Assembly: GCA_004322275.1 (NCBI GenBank)
Contig: SCTA01000005.1
Coordinates: forward strand, 71,817-135,816
Length of the DNA stretch: 64,000 bases
Source of the DNA: a bacterium
GTDB lineage: Bacteria; Desulfobacterota; Deferrisomatia; Deferrisomatales; BM512
Direction of reading: 5' to 3'
Below the pieces are notes generated by a model. It did no database searches. It saw only the letters and a program-made list of their open reading frames with translations, and was not told the origin of the DNA. Position numbers and translations under genes: made by a program. This document shows, piece after piece, positions 8,868 through 17,460 of the stretch (the stretch's first letter is position 1; each line of letters begins with the position of its first letter).

Positions 8868-8904
8868 AAACTTGCTGCGCGCGATGTTTTAAGTTCGAGA
8901 CAAT

Positions 8905-10218
8905 TTAACCGTTTTCATCGGGCCACAAAACCTCGGCCACCAGATCATACGGCTCCGCCTCGACGATTTTCGCCTTCACGAAGCTTCCCACCTCGATTAT
9001 CCGGTCGCCGTAGTCCCGAAGGCGGGTTATGCCGTCCACCTCGGGGGCCTGGCCGTAGGTTCTGCCGACCACTTCCCCCTCCTCGTCTATCCCCTCGACA
9101 AGAACGGGCAGTTCCCTGCCGACGAAATCGAGGTTGCGCTCGTAGCTGAGCTCGGCCTGCAGTTTCATCAGGGTGTCGTGGCGCTCCCAGGCCGTCTCGG
9201 GGTCTATCTGGTCCTTCATTTTCTCGGCGGCTGTGCCCTCCTCGGGGGAGTAGACGAACGCCCCGAGGTGGTGGAAGCGCACCTCCTCGACGAAGCGCAA
9301 AAGCTCCTCGAACTCCATCTCAGTCTCGCCGGGAAAGCCTACTATTGCGGTGGTGCGAAGGACTATTCCGGGAACCTGCTTTTTGAGCCGCTTGAAGAAC
9401 TCGGCCGTCTCGCCCGCCGTGACCTTCCTGCCCATCGCCTTGAGTATCCTCGGGTGGGCGTGCTGGATGGGGGCGTCGATGTAGGGGAGAATCTTGTTCG
9501 GCTCGGCGAGGAGTTCCAGAAGTTCGTCCGGCAGCGCCCTCGGGTAGGCGTAGAGGAGGCGTATCCACTCGATTCCGTCGATGGCGGAGAGCTCTTTCAG
9601 GAGCTTCACCAGTTCCCCTTGCCTTCCGATCTCCAGCCCGTAGGAGGTGGTGTCCTGCGCTATGAGGTTGACCTCTACCGCGCCCTGCCCGGCGAGCCAG
9701 CGCGCCTCCTCCAGGAGCTTCGCCGGGGGGAAGGAGTGAAAATCCCCCCTGATAATCGGAATCGTGCAGAAGGTGCAGCGGTTCGAGCATCCTTCGGCGA
9801 TCTTCAGGTAGACGCTGTGGGGGGGAGCGGTGAGGAGCCTCGCGGGATGGACCGTGGAAGTTACCGCGCCCTTGCTTCCGCAGAGCGTTTCGGGGATTTT
9901 GTCTATCTCCTCGGGGGTGAAAAAGAAATCGACCTCCGAAAGCTCCTCCTTCATCTCCGGGTAGCGCTTGTAGAGGCAGCCGGAGACGGCGAGGATCTTG
10001 CAGTTGCCCTCAATCTTCAATTTCGCGGCGAGGAGTATCTCCTCCACCGACTCTTCGACCGCATCGCGGATGAAGCCGCAGGTGTTCACGATGACCACCT
10101 CGGCCTCGGCCGGGTCTTCCGCTATCTCAAAGCCGCGAGCGACGAGGCCGCCGAGGATACGCTCGGCGTCTACCCTGTTCTTTGCGCAGCCGAGGCTGAT
10201 GAGACCGACCTTCTTCAA
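8905..10218 (-). CDS. rimO: Ribosomal protein S12 methylthiotransferase
   Basis: 437 aa. It has an N-terminal UPF0004 domain (SLGCAKNRVDAE), the radical-SAM motif CSNRCTFCTIP and a C-terminal TRAM-like region. Confidence 0.9.
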   Translation of the reverse strand: MKKVGLISLGCAKNRVDAERILGGLVARGFEIAEDPAEAEVVIVNTCGFIRDAVEESVEEILLAAKLKIEGNCKILAVSGCLYKRYPEMKEELSEVDFFFTPEEIDKIPETLCGSKGAVTSTVHPARLLTAPPHSVYLKIAEGCSNRCTFCTIPIIRGDFHSFPPAKLLEEARWLAGQGAVEVNLIAQDTTSYGLEIGRQGELVKLLKELSAIDGIEWIRLLYAYPRALPDELLELLAEPNKILPYIDAPIQHAHPRILKAMGRKVTAGETAEFFKRLKKQVPGIVLRTTAIVGFPGETEMEFEELLRFVEEVRFHHLGAFVYSPEEGTAAEKMKDQIDPETAWERHDTLMKLQAELSYERNLDFVGRELPVLVEGIDEEGEVVGRTYGQAPEVDGITRLRDYGDRIIEVGSFVKAKIVEAEPYDLVAEVLWPDENG

Positions 10219-10859
10219 TTCTTTTCTCCGTTTTCGTCCACTACCTCTACCCCTTCGGGCGGGGTGAATGTGAATATCGCGTCCTTGACGCCGGTGTTTT
10301 TCTTCGCTTCGGAAAATTCGACCTTGGTGATGTTCCCGAGGGCGTTTTCGGTGGTGACCGAGGTTATAAAGCCTTCAGTTCCGTGGCGCACGACAAGGCG
10401 CTTTAGATCCGGGTCGGTCTTTTTGGGCTTGAGCTCAAGGCACCCCTCGCCGCAGGAGGACTGCTCGAAGTATTTTCCGGCGTCGCGAAGACCGCCTAGG
10501 AGGTCGAGGGCGACCTTTGCCGAAGGGGGAAGATTCGCGGTGTCGCGTCTGACGGCGGTGCGGTCGCGCACCTGATAGAACCAGAGGACCTTCCCGTCGC
10601 TCACTATGAGCTGGGGGTCCGCGCCCTCGTACTCCCACCGCATCTTCCCCCCGCGCTTGAAAAAGACGTTGCCGGAGGTGGTCTTTTCGATCTCGGTGGT
10701 CTCTATGGCGGTTATCTGCGAAAAGCGGGCGCTAAGGTCCGAGACGCCCTCGTAAGCTTTCAGGATCAGCGCCGCCGAGTCCTCGCCCGAAGCGGAGACG
10801 CGGGAAGGGGCCAGGACAAGCAGCAAAAGCCCGCACAGGGGCAGGAACTTCTTGATCAT
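10215..10859 (-). CDS. lolA: Outer-membrane lipoprotein carrier protein LolA-like
   Basis: 214 aa with a signal peptide (LLLLVLAPSRVSASG). Length and position immediately downstream of ftsK fit the classic ftsK-lolA synteny. It overlaps rimO by 4 nt. Confidence 0.7.
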   Translation of the reverse strand: MIKKFLPLCGLLLLVLAPSRVSASGEDSAALILKAYEGVSDLSARFSQITAIETTEIEKTTSGNVFFKRGGKMRWEYEGADPQLIVSDGKVLWFYQVRDRTAVRRDTANLPPSAKVALDLLGGLRDAGKYFEQSSCGEGCLELKPKKTDPDLKRLVVRHGTEGFITSVTTENALGNITKVEFSEAKKNTGVKDAIFTFTPPEGVEVVDENGEKN

Positions 10860-10866
10860 TTTATCC

Positions 10867-13062
10867 TCAGACCCTCTGGGCCAGAACTTCGCGTGGTTTC
10901 GCGCCTCGGTTGGGGCCGACTACCCCTTCGCGCTCCATCATGTCTATGAGGTTGGCGGCGCGGTTGTAGCCGATCTTGAACTTTCGCTGCACCATCGAGG
11001 TGGAGGCCTGCCCCGCCTCGGTGACGAAGCGCACCGCCTCATCATAAAGGGAATCGAACTCTCCCTCGCCGTCATCGTAATACCCGGATTCGTCCGCCGC
11101 AAGAATCTGGTCGTTGTAATCGGGAGTCCCCTGCTGGCGGAGGAAGGCGGTAAGCCGCGTTATCTCCTGCTCGCTGACGTAGGAGCCGTGGACGCGGTTT
11201 ATCTTGGCGGTGCCGGGGGGCAAAAAGAGCATGTCGCCGCCGCCGAGGAGCGATTCGGCCCCCATCGAGTCGAGAATCGTCCTTGAATCTACCCTCGAAG
11301 CCACCTGAAAGGCGATGCGGGCGGGGAAGTTGGCCTTTATCATGCCGGTGAGGACGTCCACGGAGGGGCGCTGGGTGGCGACAATAAGGTGTATGCCCGC
11401 CGCTCGCGCCATCTGCGCAAGCCTCGCTATCGATTCCTCGACGTCCTTGGCTGCGACCATGAGGAGGTCGGCAAGCTCGTCTATTATGACTACTATGTAG
11501 GGAAGGTGTTCGGCGCACTTCTCGTCGGGGGAGGCGTCGCCGGTCTTGAGCAGCTTTTCCACCTTCTTGTTGTGCGAGGTGATGTTCCGCACCCCACCCT
11601 CGGCCATCAGCCGGTACCTTCTCTCCATCTCCACCACCGCCCACTTGAGCGCCACGGCGGCCTTCTTCGCCTCGGTGACGACGGGGAGGAGGAGGTGGGG
11701 GATGTCGTCGTAGACGGAGAGCTCCAGCATCTTCGGATCGACGATTATGAAGCGCACGTCCTTGGGTGTGGCGCGCGCAAGGAGGCTGGCCAGCATCGAG
11801 TGGACGCCGACGGATTTGCCGGAGCCGGTCGCGCCCGCGACGAGGAGGTGCGGCATCCGGGCGAGGTCGGCCACCACGGGGTTTCCCGCGATATCTTTGC
11901 CCATCGCTATGGTAAGGAGAGATTCGGACCCCCTGAAAAGCTGGGAGTTGAGTATCTCGCTGATAAGAACAATGTCGCGCTCGGCGTTGGGTATCTCCAC
12001 GCCGACGGTGTCCTTGCCGGGAATGGGGGCGACTATGCGTATGGACTGGGCGCGAAGGGCCATCGCGAGATCGTCGGAGAGGTTAACTATCTTGTTTATC
12101 TTCACTCCCGCGGCGGGCTTTATCTCGTACATGGTGACGACGGGGCCGGGGTGGACAGTCTCGACCATGCACTCGACCCCGAAATCCTGCAGCTTTTTCA
12201 CCAGCAGCTTGGAGGCCATGAGCAGGGTCTCCTGATCGGGCCCCTTGCCCACTCCCTGCCGCGCCTCGAAGATGTCGAGGGGGGGCAGCTTGTAGCCGTC
12301 CACCTCCCGCACGAAGTCGAAGGTCTCCTGAACCTTCTGGTGGTGGACGGGCTCTTTTTCGGAGACGATCTTCGGGGGCTTCTTGACAGCCGCCGCCCGT
12401 ATCTCGGCCCTGTCCTCCTTTAACTCCCTTTCCCTCGCCTTCTCCTCTTTTCTCGTCGCCCTCCACTCCCTTAAACGGGCCAGAAGCTCGACCGTCTTGT
12501 CCCTTAGCCTTCCGCCGAAGGCGAAAAGGGAGAAATTGACGGTGAAGATGAGGGAGCAGACGAGGCCTGTGACAACGACAAGGTACGCGCCGGGGCGGTT
12601 CAGGATAAAGATCAGCCCCCGCATCAGAAGCTCGCCTAACGCGCCCCCCGCCGGGAAAGCGTCGCGGTCGAAGTGTATCTCGCCGAAAAAGAGGCTTGAG
12701 AAGGTGGCGAAAAGAAGGGTTATAAGGACGTACCCCCCGGCGACCCAGCCTGGGTAGCGTATCGGGCGGAGGATTATGTAGCGCACCGCGAAGACCAGGA
12801 GCGCTATGGGTATCAGAAAGGAGGCCTGCCCCAGAATCTGGATAAGGAGGTCCGCGACGTAGGAGCCGAAGAGCCCCATGGCATTCTGCGGTACCGGCCC
12901 CGCGGTCCCGGCGTTGTTGAAGGAGGGGTCGGCGGAGTTGTAGGTGATGATGGCGGAGGCGAGAAAGACTGCGGCAAGCAGGAGGGTTATCCCCGCGAGC
13001 TCGGCCCTGACCCTCTCGCCAAGCCTGCTGACGCTCTTTTCTTCTCCCTTTGTTTCCGACAT
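10867..13062 (-). CDS. ftsK: DNA translocase FtsK
   Basis: 731 aa. It has N-terminal TM helices, Walker A GATGSGKSVGV, the motor-domain segment HLIVATQRPSVDV and a C-terminal gamma (winged-helix) segment SMVQRKFKIGYNRAANLID. Confidence 0.95.
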   Translation of the reverse strand: MSETKGEEKSVSRLGERVRAELAGITLLLAAVFLASAIITYNSADPSFNNAGTAGPVPQNAMGLFGSYVADLLIQILGQASFLIPIALLVFAVRYIILRPIRYPGWVAGGYVLITLLFATFSSLFFGEIHFDRDAFPAGGALGELLMRGLIFILNRPGAYLVVVTGLVCSLIFTVNFSLFAFGGRLRDKTVELLARLREWRATRKEEKARERELKEDRAEIRAAAVKKPPKIVSEKEPVHHQKVQETFDFVREVDGYKLPPLDIFEARQGVGKGPDQETLLMASKLLVKKLQDFGVECMVETVHPGPVVTMYEIKPAAGVKINKIVNLSDDLAMALRAQSIRIVAPIPGKDTVGVEIPNAERDIVLISEILNSQLFRGSESLLTIAMGKDIAGNPVVADLARMPHLLVAGATGSGKSVGVHSMLASLLARATPKDVRFIIVDPKMLELSVYDDIPHLLLPVVTEAKKAAVALKWAVVEMERRYRLMAEGGVRNITSHNKKVEKLLKTGDASPDEKCAEHLPYIVVIIDELADLLMVAAKDVEESIARLAQMARAAGIHLIVATQRPSVDVLTGMIKANFPARIAFQVASRVDSRTILDSMGAESLLGGGDMLFLPPGTAKINRVHGSYVSEQEITRLTAFLRQQGTPDYNDQILAADESGYYDDGEGEFDSLYDEAVRFVTEAGQASTSMVQRKFKIGYNRAANLIDMMEREGVVGPNRGAKPREVLAQRV

Positions 13063-13078
13063 CCATTATCCTTCCGTT

Positions 13079-13183
13079 GGCGAAAGATCTTCCCGTGATA
13101 CGTCGTCGCGTGCTCGCTTGGGGCTCGCCGTAGCGCTGCTACTGCCTCGCCCCGCGCTGCGCGGCTCCTCGTCTGACGGGAAG
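13079..13183. repeat. GC-rich hairpin repeat (GGCTCGCCGTAGCG.TGCTACTGCCTCGCCC family)
   Basis: It is closed by TTCCCGT/ACGGGAA. Its core GGGGCTCGCCGTAGCGCTGCTACTGCCTCGCCCC is near-identical to 51262-51295. It also carries CGTCGCGTGCTCGC, the reverse complement of part of the 17330/30900 repeat core. Confidence 0.7.
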
Positions 13184-13362
13184 CTGTTTCGCCAAATTAA
13201 AAGCTTAAGGAACTGCCTTGCCTTACCGTCAAGGAATTCCTTCGACGGGAACTCTCACGGTTTTCCCGAACTTCGACAGTTTATTCAGTTGGTGGGCATC
13301 CCGTCAATGGCAGCAGTAAAATGGATTTTCCCCGGCGGGTGAAGTTTTACGGCAATTTCCCC

Positions 13363-13391
13363 TTGCGCGGCTTTTTTTCTTCGGATATAAA
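13363..13391 (+). promoter_or_regulatory. Candidate sigma70-type promoter for rplM-rpsI
   Basis: TTGCGC-N17-TATAAA, about 80 nt upstream of the rplM ATG. This is a pattern match only. Confidence 0.35.
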
Positions 13392-13468
13392 GGCATGCTT
13401 CAAAGCTCCTCGAAGCTTGTGACGCGGGAGGGGCGTGCTAAATTACCGTTTAATGAGGTTTTAAGGTC

Positions 13469-13897
13469 ATGAAAAGCTATATGGCTACACCGCAGACCGT
13501 CAATCCCGAGTGGTTCGTGGTCGACGTTGAAGGTCTGCCCGTGGGCCGCATTGCCAGCAAGATCGCTTCGGTACTGCGCGGCAAGCACAAGCCCACATAT
13601 ACGCCTCACACCGACGCGGGCGACTTCGTCGTCGTCGTCAACGCCGAGAAGATCCGTCTTACCGGCTCCAAGCTCGATCAGAAGATGTACTACTGGCACA
13701 CCGGATATCCGGGCGGCATTCGCGGACGTTCCGCCCGCGAGATGCTGGCCCTCAAGCCCGAAGAAGTCATCAGCATAGCGGTGAAGGGAATGCTTCCCAA
13801 GAATCCCCTCGGCCGCAAGATGTTCGGCAAGCTGAAGGTCTACTCCGGCGCCGAGCACCCCCATGCGGCCCAACAGCCCAGACCCCTTGACGTGTAG
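13469..13897 (+). CDS. rplM: 50S ribosomal protein L13
   Basis: 142 aa. The sequence [28 protein letters not shown] is highly characteristic of L13. Confidence 0.95.
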   Translation: MKSYMATPQTVNPEWFVVDVEGLPVGRIASKIASVLRGKHKPTYTPHTDAGDFVVVVNAEKIRLTGSKLDQKMYYWHTGYPGGIRGRSAREMLALKPEEVISIAVKGMLPKNPLGRKMFGKLKVYSGAEHPHAAQQPRPLDV

Positions 13898-13912
13898 GGC
13901 GGAGGAATTCAT

Positions 13913-14302
13913 ATGAGCGACATCAGAACCACCGGCAAGAGAAAAACCTCTATCGCCCGCGTCACCCTCTCCGAGGGCGAAGGCAAGATAGTCATAAACA
14001 ACGGCCGCACCCTGGAGCAGCACTTCCCCCGCGAAGCGCACCAGCGCGCGGTGCTCACTCCTCTCGCCATAACCGAGAGGCTTGCGAAGTACGACGTCAA
14101 GGTCAACGTTGTCGGCGGCGGCAACACCGGGCAGGCCGAAGCGGTCCGCCACGGCATCGCCCGCGCCCTCCTCGAAGCCGAGGTCGAGCTTCGCGACACG
14201 CTGAAGAAGGCCGGGCTCCTCACCCGCGACGCCCGTATCGTCGAGACGAAAAAGTACGGCCACCACAAGGCCCGCAGGAGCTGCCAGTTCTCCAAGCGTT
14301 AA
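13913..14302 (+). CDS. rpsI: 30S ribosomal protein S9
   Basis: 129 aa. It has [10 protein letters not shown] and the C-terminal [17 protein letters not shown]. Confidence 0.95.
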   Translation: MSDIRTTGKRKTSIARVTLSEGEGKIVINNGRTLEQHFPREAHQRAVLTPLAITERLAKYDVKVNVVGGGNTGQAEAVRHGIARALLEAEVELRDTLKKAGLLTRDARIVETKKYGHHKARRSCQFSKR

Positions 14303-14332
14303 GATCCCGCAGATACGCTTATTCTTTAAAAA

Positions 14333-14360
14333 AGGGCTCCGTTCGCGGGGCTCTTTTTGT
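14333..14360 (+). terminator. Candidate rho-independent terminator after rpsI
   Basis: The stem AGGGCTCCG-TTCG-CGGGGCTCT (with G-U pairs) is followed by TTTTTGTTT. It lies only about 15 nt before the argC start. Confidence 0.5.
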
Positions 14361-14374
14361 TTACGGAGGCTACA

Positions 14375-15409
14375 ATGACCAGAGTCGGCATCATAGGCGC
14401 AAGCGGTTACACCGGGGCGGAGCTTCTCCGCGTCCTTTGCGCCCATCCGGGTGTTCGCATCACCCTCATCACCTCGCGCCAGTACGAGGGCAAGCCTCTC
14501 TACGACTGCTACCCCGGTCTCTCCCCCCTGCCTTTCGTCTTCGAGAACCACGAGGACGAAAAGGTGCTCGAAAAGGCCGATTTCTACTTCACCGCCCTGC
14601 CCCACGAGGCCAGCGCGGAGGTGGTGGCGAAGCTCCTCGCCCTCGGGAAAAGGGTCGTCGACCTCTCGGCGGACTTTCGCTTCTCCGACCCCGAGGAGTA
14701 CGAGGCCCACTACGGCCCCCACCCCCACCCCGAGCTCTGCCGCGAAGCCGTCTACGGCCTTTCGGAGATCTACGGGGAAAAGGTGAAGTCCGCCCGGCTG
14801 GTGGCGAACCCCGGCTGCTACCCGACCTCCTCCCTTTTGCCGCTCCTTCCCCTGATACAGGAGGGGATGATCGACCCCGATTCCATAATAATCGACGCCA
14901 AATCCGGCGTCTCCGGCGCGGGGCGCGGCGCGAACCAGACGACCCACTTCTGCGAGGCCAACGAGAGCCTGAAGGCCTACAAGGTCGCCTCCCACCGCCA
15001 CACCCCCGAGATCGAGTCCCACCTCTCGGCGGCGGCGAAAAAGCCGGTGAAGGTTGTCTTCACACCCCACCTCATACCGATGACGCGGGGAATGCTGGCG
15101 ACGATCTACGCGACCCCCCTCAGGGGCGTGAAGCGGGCGGACGTGGAAAACATCTGGAAGAAGTTCTACGAGAAGACCCCCTTCGTCGAGGTCGCCCCGA
15201 AGGACATACTGCCCGACACCGCCTTCGTGCGCGGCACCAACCGCTGCATGATGGGGGTGCGCGACTACCCCTCCTGCAACCGGCTCGTCATCCTCTCCGT
15301 CATAGACAACCTGGCGAAGGGAGCGAGCACGCAGGCCATCCAGAACATGAACCTGATGCTCGGCTACGGCATGGCCGAGGGGCTGAGCCTTCAGACGCTG
15401 GTTCCGTGA
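14375..15409 (+). CDS. argC: N-acetyl-gamma-glutamyl-phosphate reductase
   Basis: The ORF starts at 14357; I chose the ATG at 14375, preceded by GGAGG. It has IIGASGYTGAELLR and the active-site motif NPGCYPTS. Confidence 0.9.
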   Translation: MTRVGIIGASGYTGAELLRVLCAHPGVRITLITSRQYEGKPLYDCYPGLSPLPFVFENHEDEKVLEKADFYFTALPHEASAEVVAKLLALGKRVVDLSADFRFSDPEEYEAHYGPHPHPELCREAVYGLSEIYGEKVKSARLVANPGCYPTSSLLPLLPLIQEGMIDPDSIIIDAKSGVSGAGRGANQTTHFCEANESLKAYKVASHRHTPEIESHLSAAAKKPVKVVFTPHLIPMTRGMLATIYATPLRGVKRADVENIWKKFYEKTPFVEVAPKDILPDTAFVRGTNRCMMGVRDYPSCNRLVILSVIDNLAKGASTQAIQNMNLMLGYGMAEGLSLQTLVP

Positions 15410-15654
15410 TGGACGGCGACGTAGAGATCATCTACCGGACCGGGAACCCTGTCGAGCTGGAGACCGCGAAATCCCTTCTGGAAGAGGAGGGTCTGGACGT
15501 GGTCGTAAGAGACATGACCATCACCCCCTATCCGGCGGTGGTCGGCATGGGCGTCTACGAACTGGTCGTGCCGGTCGAAGAGGCCGAGGATGCTAGGGAA
15601 CTGCTGATCCTCGCCGCAGACGACGGACTACTGGAAAAGGGGAATATAATTTAG
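15409..15654 (+). CDS. Small DUF2007-like protein (putative signal-transducing protein fold)
   Basis: 81 aa (MDGDVEIIYRTGNPVELETAKSLLEEEGLDVVVRD...). Its start overlaps the argC stop (TGATG). It is the only plausible part of the long alternative-frame ORF 14437..15654. Confidence 0.5.
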   Translation: MDGDVEIIYRTGNPVELETAKSLLEEEGLDVVVRDMTITPYPAVVGMGVYELVVPVEEAEDARELLILAADDGLLEKGNII

Positions 15655-16333
15655 GAAGGGCGGGCTCGGCCCGCCGTTTTACAGCTTGCGGGGCTATCCG
15701 CCCCGCGCCCGGACCCCATCTTCTTTTAGCGCCAAAAGAAGATGGGGGAGAAGAAAGGCGCGCCCCCTTTGCGCCAAGGCGCTCATTCGTCGCTCGGCGA
15801 GCGCGCAAATCGCCACGGGCTCATGGCGCGCTCGGAACACCCTCGCTCCCTGGCGCCGGAGGGCGTTGGGTACGAAAAGAAGGCTCGCCGATAAGAGGCG
15901 GGCTTTTTCTCTTATCGGCTCGAAGGTAATTTGTTTACAACTATTCAAAGAATACGTGTAGACAATCTACCTTCGAGTCCAAAAACATTTCATTATCCCG
16001 TTTTTGGCCGAGCCTTCACTTCGTCCTCCCCGTGGCCCGTAGGTGACGCAGGGAGCTTAAGGCGGAAAGGGCGGCGGGGGGGTCTTAGTGAGCGCAGCGA
16101 ACGAGTGCCCCCTCACGCCCCCGCCGCAGCGACCGGTCGCTCGAAGAGCGAGCGGAACCTTCCGGGCCGAGTTTTGCCCCACTTTTTCGACAAAAAGTGG
16201 GGCGCGGGTGCGGGGCGCGCCAAGCCCCGCTAGCCGTAAACGTGCGGAGCACACAAATCCGGTGCGTTACGCCGCTTCGCGGCTAACAGCACCCTACACA
16301 ACTAGTAGACCGATGGGCTAAAGCCCATCCTAC
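15655..16333. repeat. Modular hairpin-chain mosaic repeat, copy C (head-to-head inverted doublet)
   Basis: The left arm (15655-15940) has the reverse-complement architecture of the right arm (15960-16333). Hairpins: CCCCATCTTCTTTT/AAAAGAAGATGGGG (15714-15747), CCGATAAGAG/CTCTTATCGG (15888-15918), CCAAAAAC/GTTTTTGG (15979-16007) and CCCCACTTTTT/AAAAAGTGGGG (16177-16202). Hairpin+CTAC units lie at 16261-16297 and 16312-16333. Confidence 0.8.
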
Positions 16334-16367
16334 AAGGGGTTTCCAGCCTTCGTGAAAATGCCGATAG

Positions 16368-16865
16368 TTATCTGGCGCAATCCGACGGATCTCCCGCTAA
16401 TTTTTCAAGAGCATGGGGCAAGGCCGGAAGTATGACTTCAAGATTCTCCCTGACTCCCTTGGGGCTTCCCGGCAGATTGACGATCAGGGTCTTTCCCCGT
16501 ACTCCTGCGACCGCCCGCGAGATCATGGCGTGGGGGGTCTTTAACATACTCGCCGCCCGCATAGCCTCCGCCATCCCCGGAACCTCGAAATTAATCACCG
16601 ATTTCGTGGCCTCGGGGGTCACGTCCCTCGGCCCGAGCCCGGTGCCGCCCGTGGTGAGTATCAGGTCGGCCTTCTCAACGTCGGCCCACTGCACCAGCCT
16701 CTCTACTATCGTTCCCGCATCGTCGGGTATGACCTCGTAAAGGGCGGGGTCGAAGGGGCCGGTGGAAAGAAGCTCCTTTATAAGCGCCCCGGAAAGGTCC
16801 TCGCGCTCGCCCCGCGACCCTTTATCGGAGAGGGTAAGAACCCCCACCCTGAATCTGCACTCCAT
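16368..16865 (-). CDS. mog: Molybdenum cofactor biosynthesis protein MogA/MoaB family
   Basis: The ORF extends to 17000, but the upstream part is Arg-rich and overlaps the MOSC gene. The ATG at 16865 has a GAGG RBS. The motif LILTTGGTGLGPRDVTPEA is present. Confidence 0.8.
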   Translation of the reverse strand: MECRFRVGVLTLSDKGSRGEREDLSGALIKELLSTGPFDPALYEVIPDDAGTIVERLVQWADVEKADLILTTGGTGLGPRDVTPEATKSVINFEVPGMAEAMRAASMLKTPHAMISRAVAGVRGKTLIVNLPGSPKGVRENLEVILPALPHALEKLAGDPSDCAR

Positions 16866-16867
16866 CC

Positions 16868-17302
16868 TCACTCTCCCTTTACGATGACGATTTCGTCGCC
16901 GTTTTTGACCTCGCCCTCGCTGAGCACCTTCGCGAAGATCCCTTCCTTGGGCATGACGCAGTCGCCCGCCTGATGGTAGATCGCGCAGCGCGTGTGGCAC
17001 TCCTTGCCGTGCTGGGTTATCTCCATGAGCACCGGGCCGACCTTGATCTTCGAGCCGAGCGGCAGGGCGAGGAGATCGAGCCCCCGCGTGGTGAGGTTTT
17101 CGGCGAAATCGCCCGCCTTCACGTCAAGCCCCATCGCGCGCATCTTGTCTATCGACTCCTCGGCGAGGAGGCTGACCATCCTGTGCCAGTCGCCGGAGTG
17201 GGCGTCGCCCGCAAGGCCGGTAAAGGTTATGAGTACCGCCGGAATCGGGGTTTTTCTCATCCCCTTTTTATCGCTTATGTTAATGGAAACCAGTGTCGCC
17301 AT
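16868..17302 (-). CDS. MOSC domain-containing protein
   Basis: 144 aa with an AAGGAG RBS. It has the small MOSC beta-barrel pattern (..GDAHSG....ENLTT.GLDL..L..G....G..L.EIT....C..C) and forms an operon with mog. Confidence 0.75.
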   Translation of the reverse strand: MATLVSINISDKKGMRKTPIPAVLITFTGLAGDAHSGDWHRMVSLLAEESIDKMRAMGLDVKAGDFAENLTTRGLDLLALPLGSKIKVGPVLMEITQHGKECHTRCAIYHQAGDCVMPKEGIFAKVLSEGEVKNGDEIVIVKGE

Positions 17303-17329
17303 GTAACTTACTCCTTCTCAAGGAAACTT

Positions 17330-17453
17330 TGAAAAACGTAACGAGAAACCCGGTTTCAAGGAGACGCGCAGCGAGAAGCGAGACATAACAAGTAGTTAGG
17401 CGAGTTTCGAGCGAGCACGCGACGCAGAAAACGGGTTTCGCAGTAGTTTTTCA
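17330..17453. repeat. Long-hairpin repeat element (GGAGACGCG.AGCGAGA.GCGAGACATAAC core), copy X
   Basis: It is closed by TGAAAAAC/GTTTTTCA (17330-17337 / 17446-17453) and GAAACCCG/CGGGTTTC (17345-17352 / 17432-17439). By manual alignment its 68-nt core is about 85% identical to the core inside 30900-31035. Confidence 0.8.
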
Positions 17454-17460
17454 TGGTTTC

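Noticed and set aside
13400-15070. Very long ORFs antisense to, or out of frame with, confident genes. Examples: 13400..15070 (556 aa), 49431..51371 (646 aa), 19581..21188 (535 aa), 2215..3525 (436 aa), 9178..10575 (465 aa), 39366..40541, 24442..25617, 51609..52715, 40997..42604.
   Set aside because: All of them overlap genes with clear family motifs on the other strand or frame. Their translations are Arg/Gly/Pro/Ala/Val-rich low-complexity sequences, as expected for stop-poor shadow frames in high-GC DNA. None has a recognisable motif or RBS.
14437-15654. A 405-aa ORF spanning argC in another frame.
   Set aside because: Most of it overlaps the well-supported argC frame and is Arg/Pro-rich. 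Only the last 81 codons, from ATG 15409, lie downstream of argC and look like a real small (DUF2007-like) protein.
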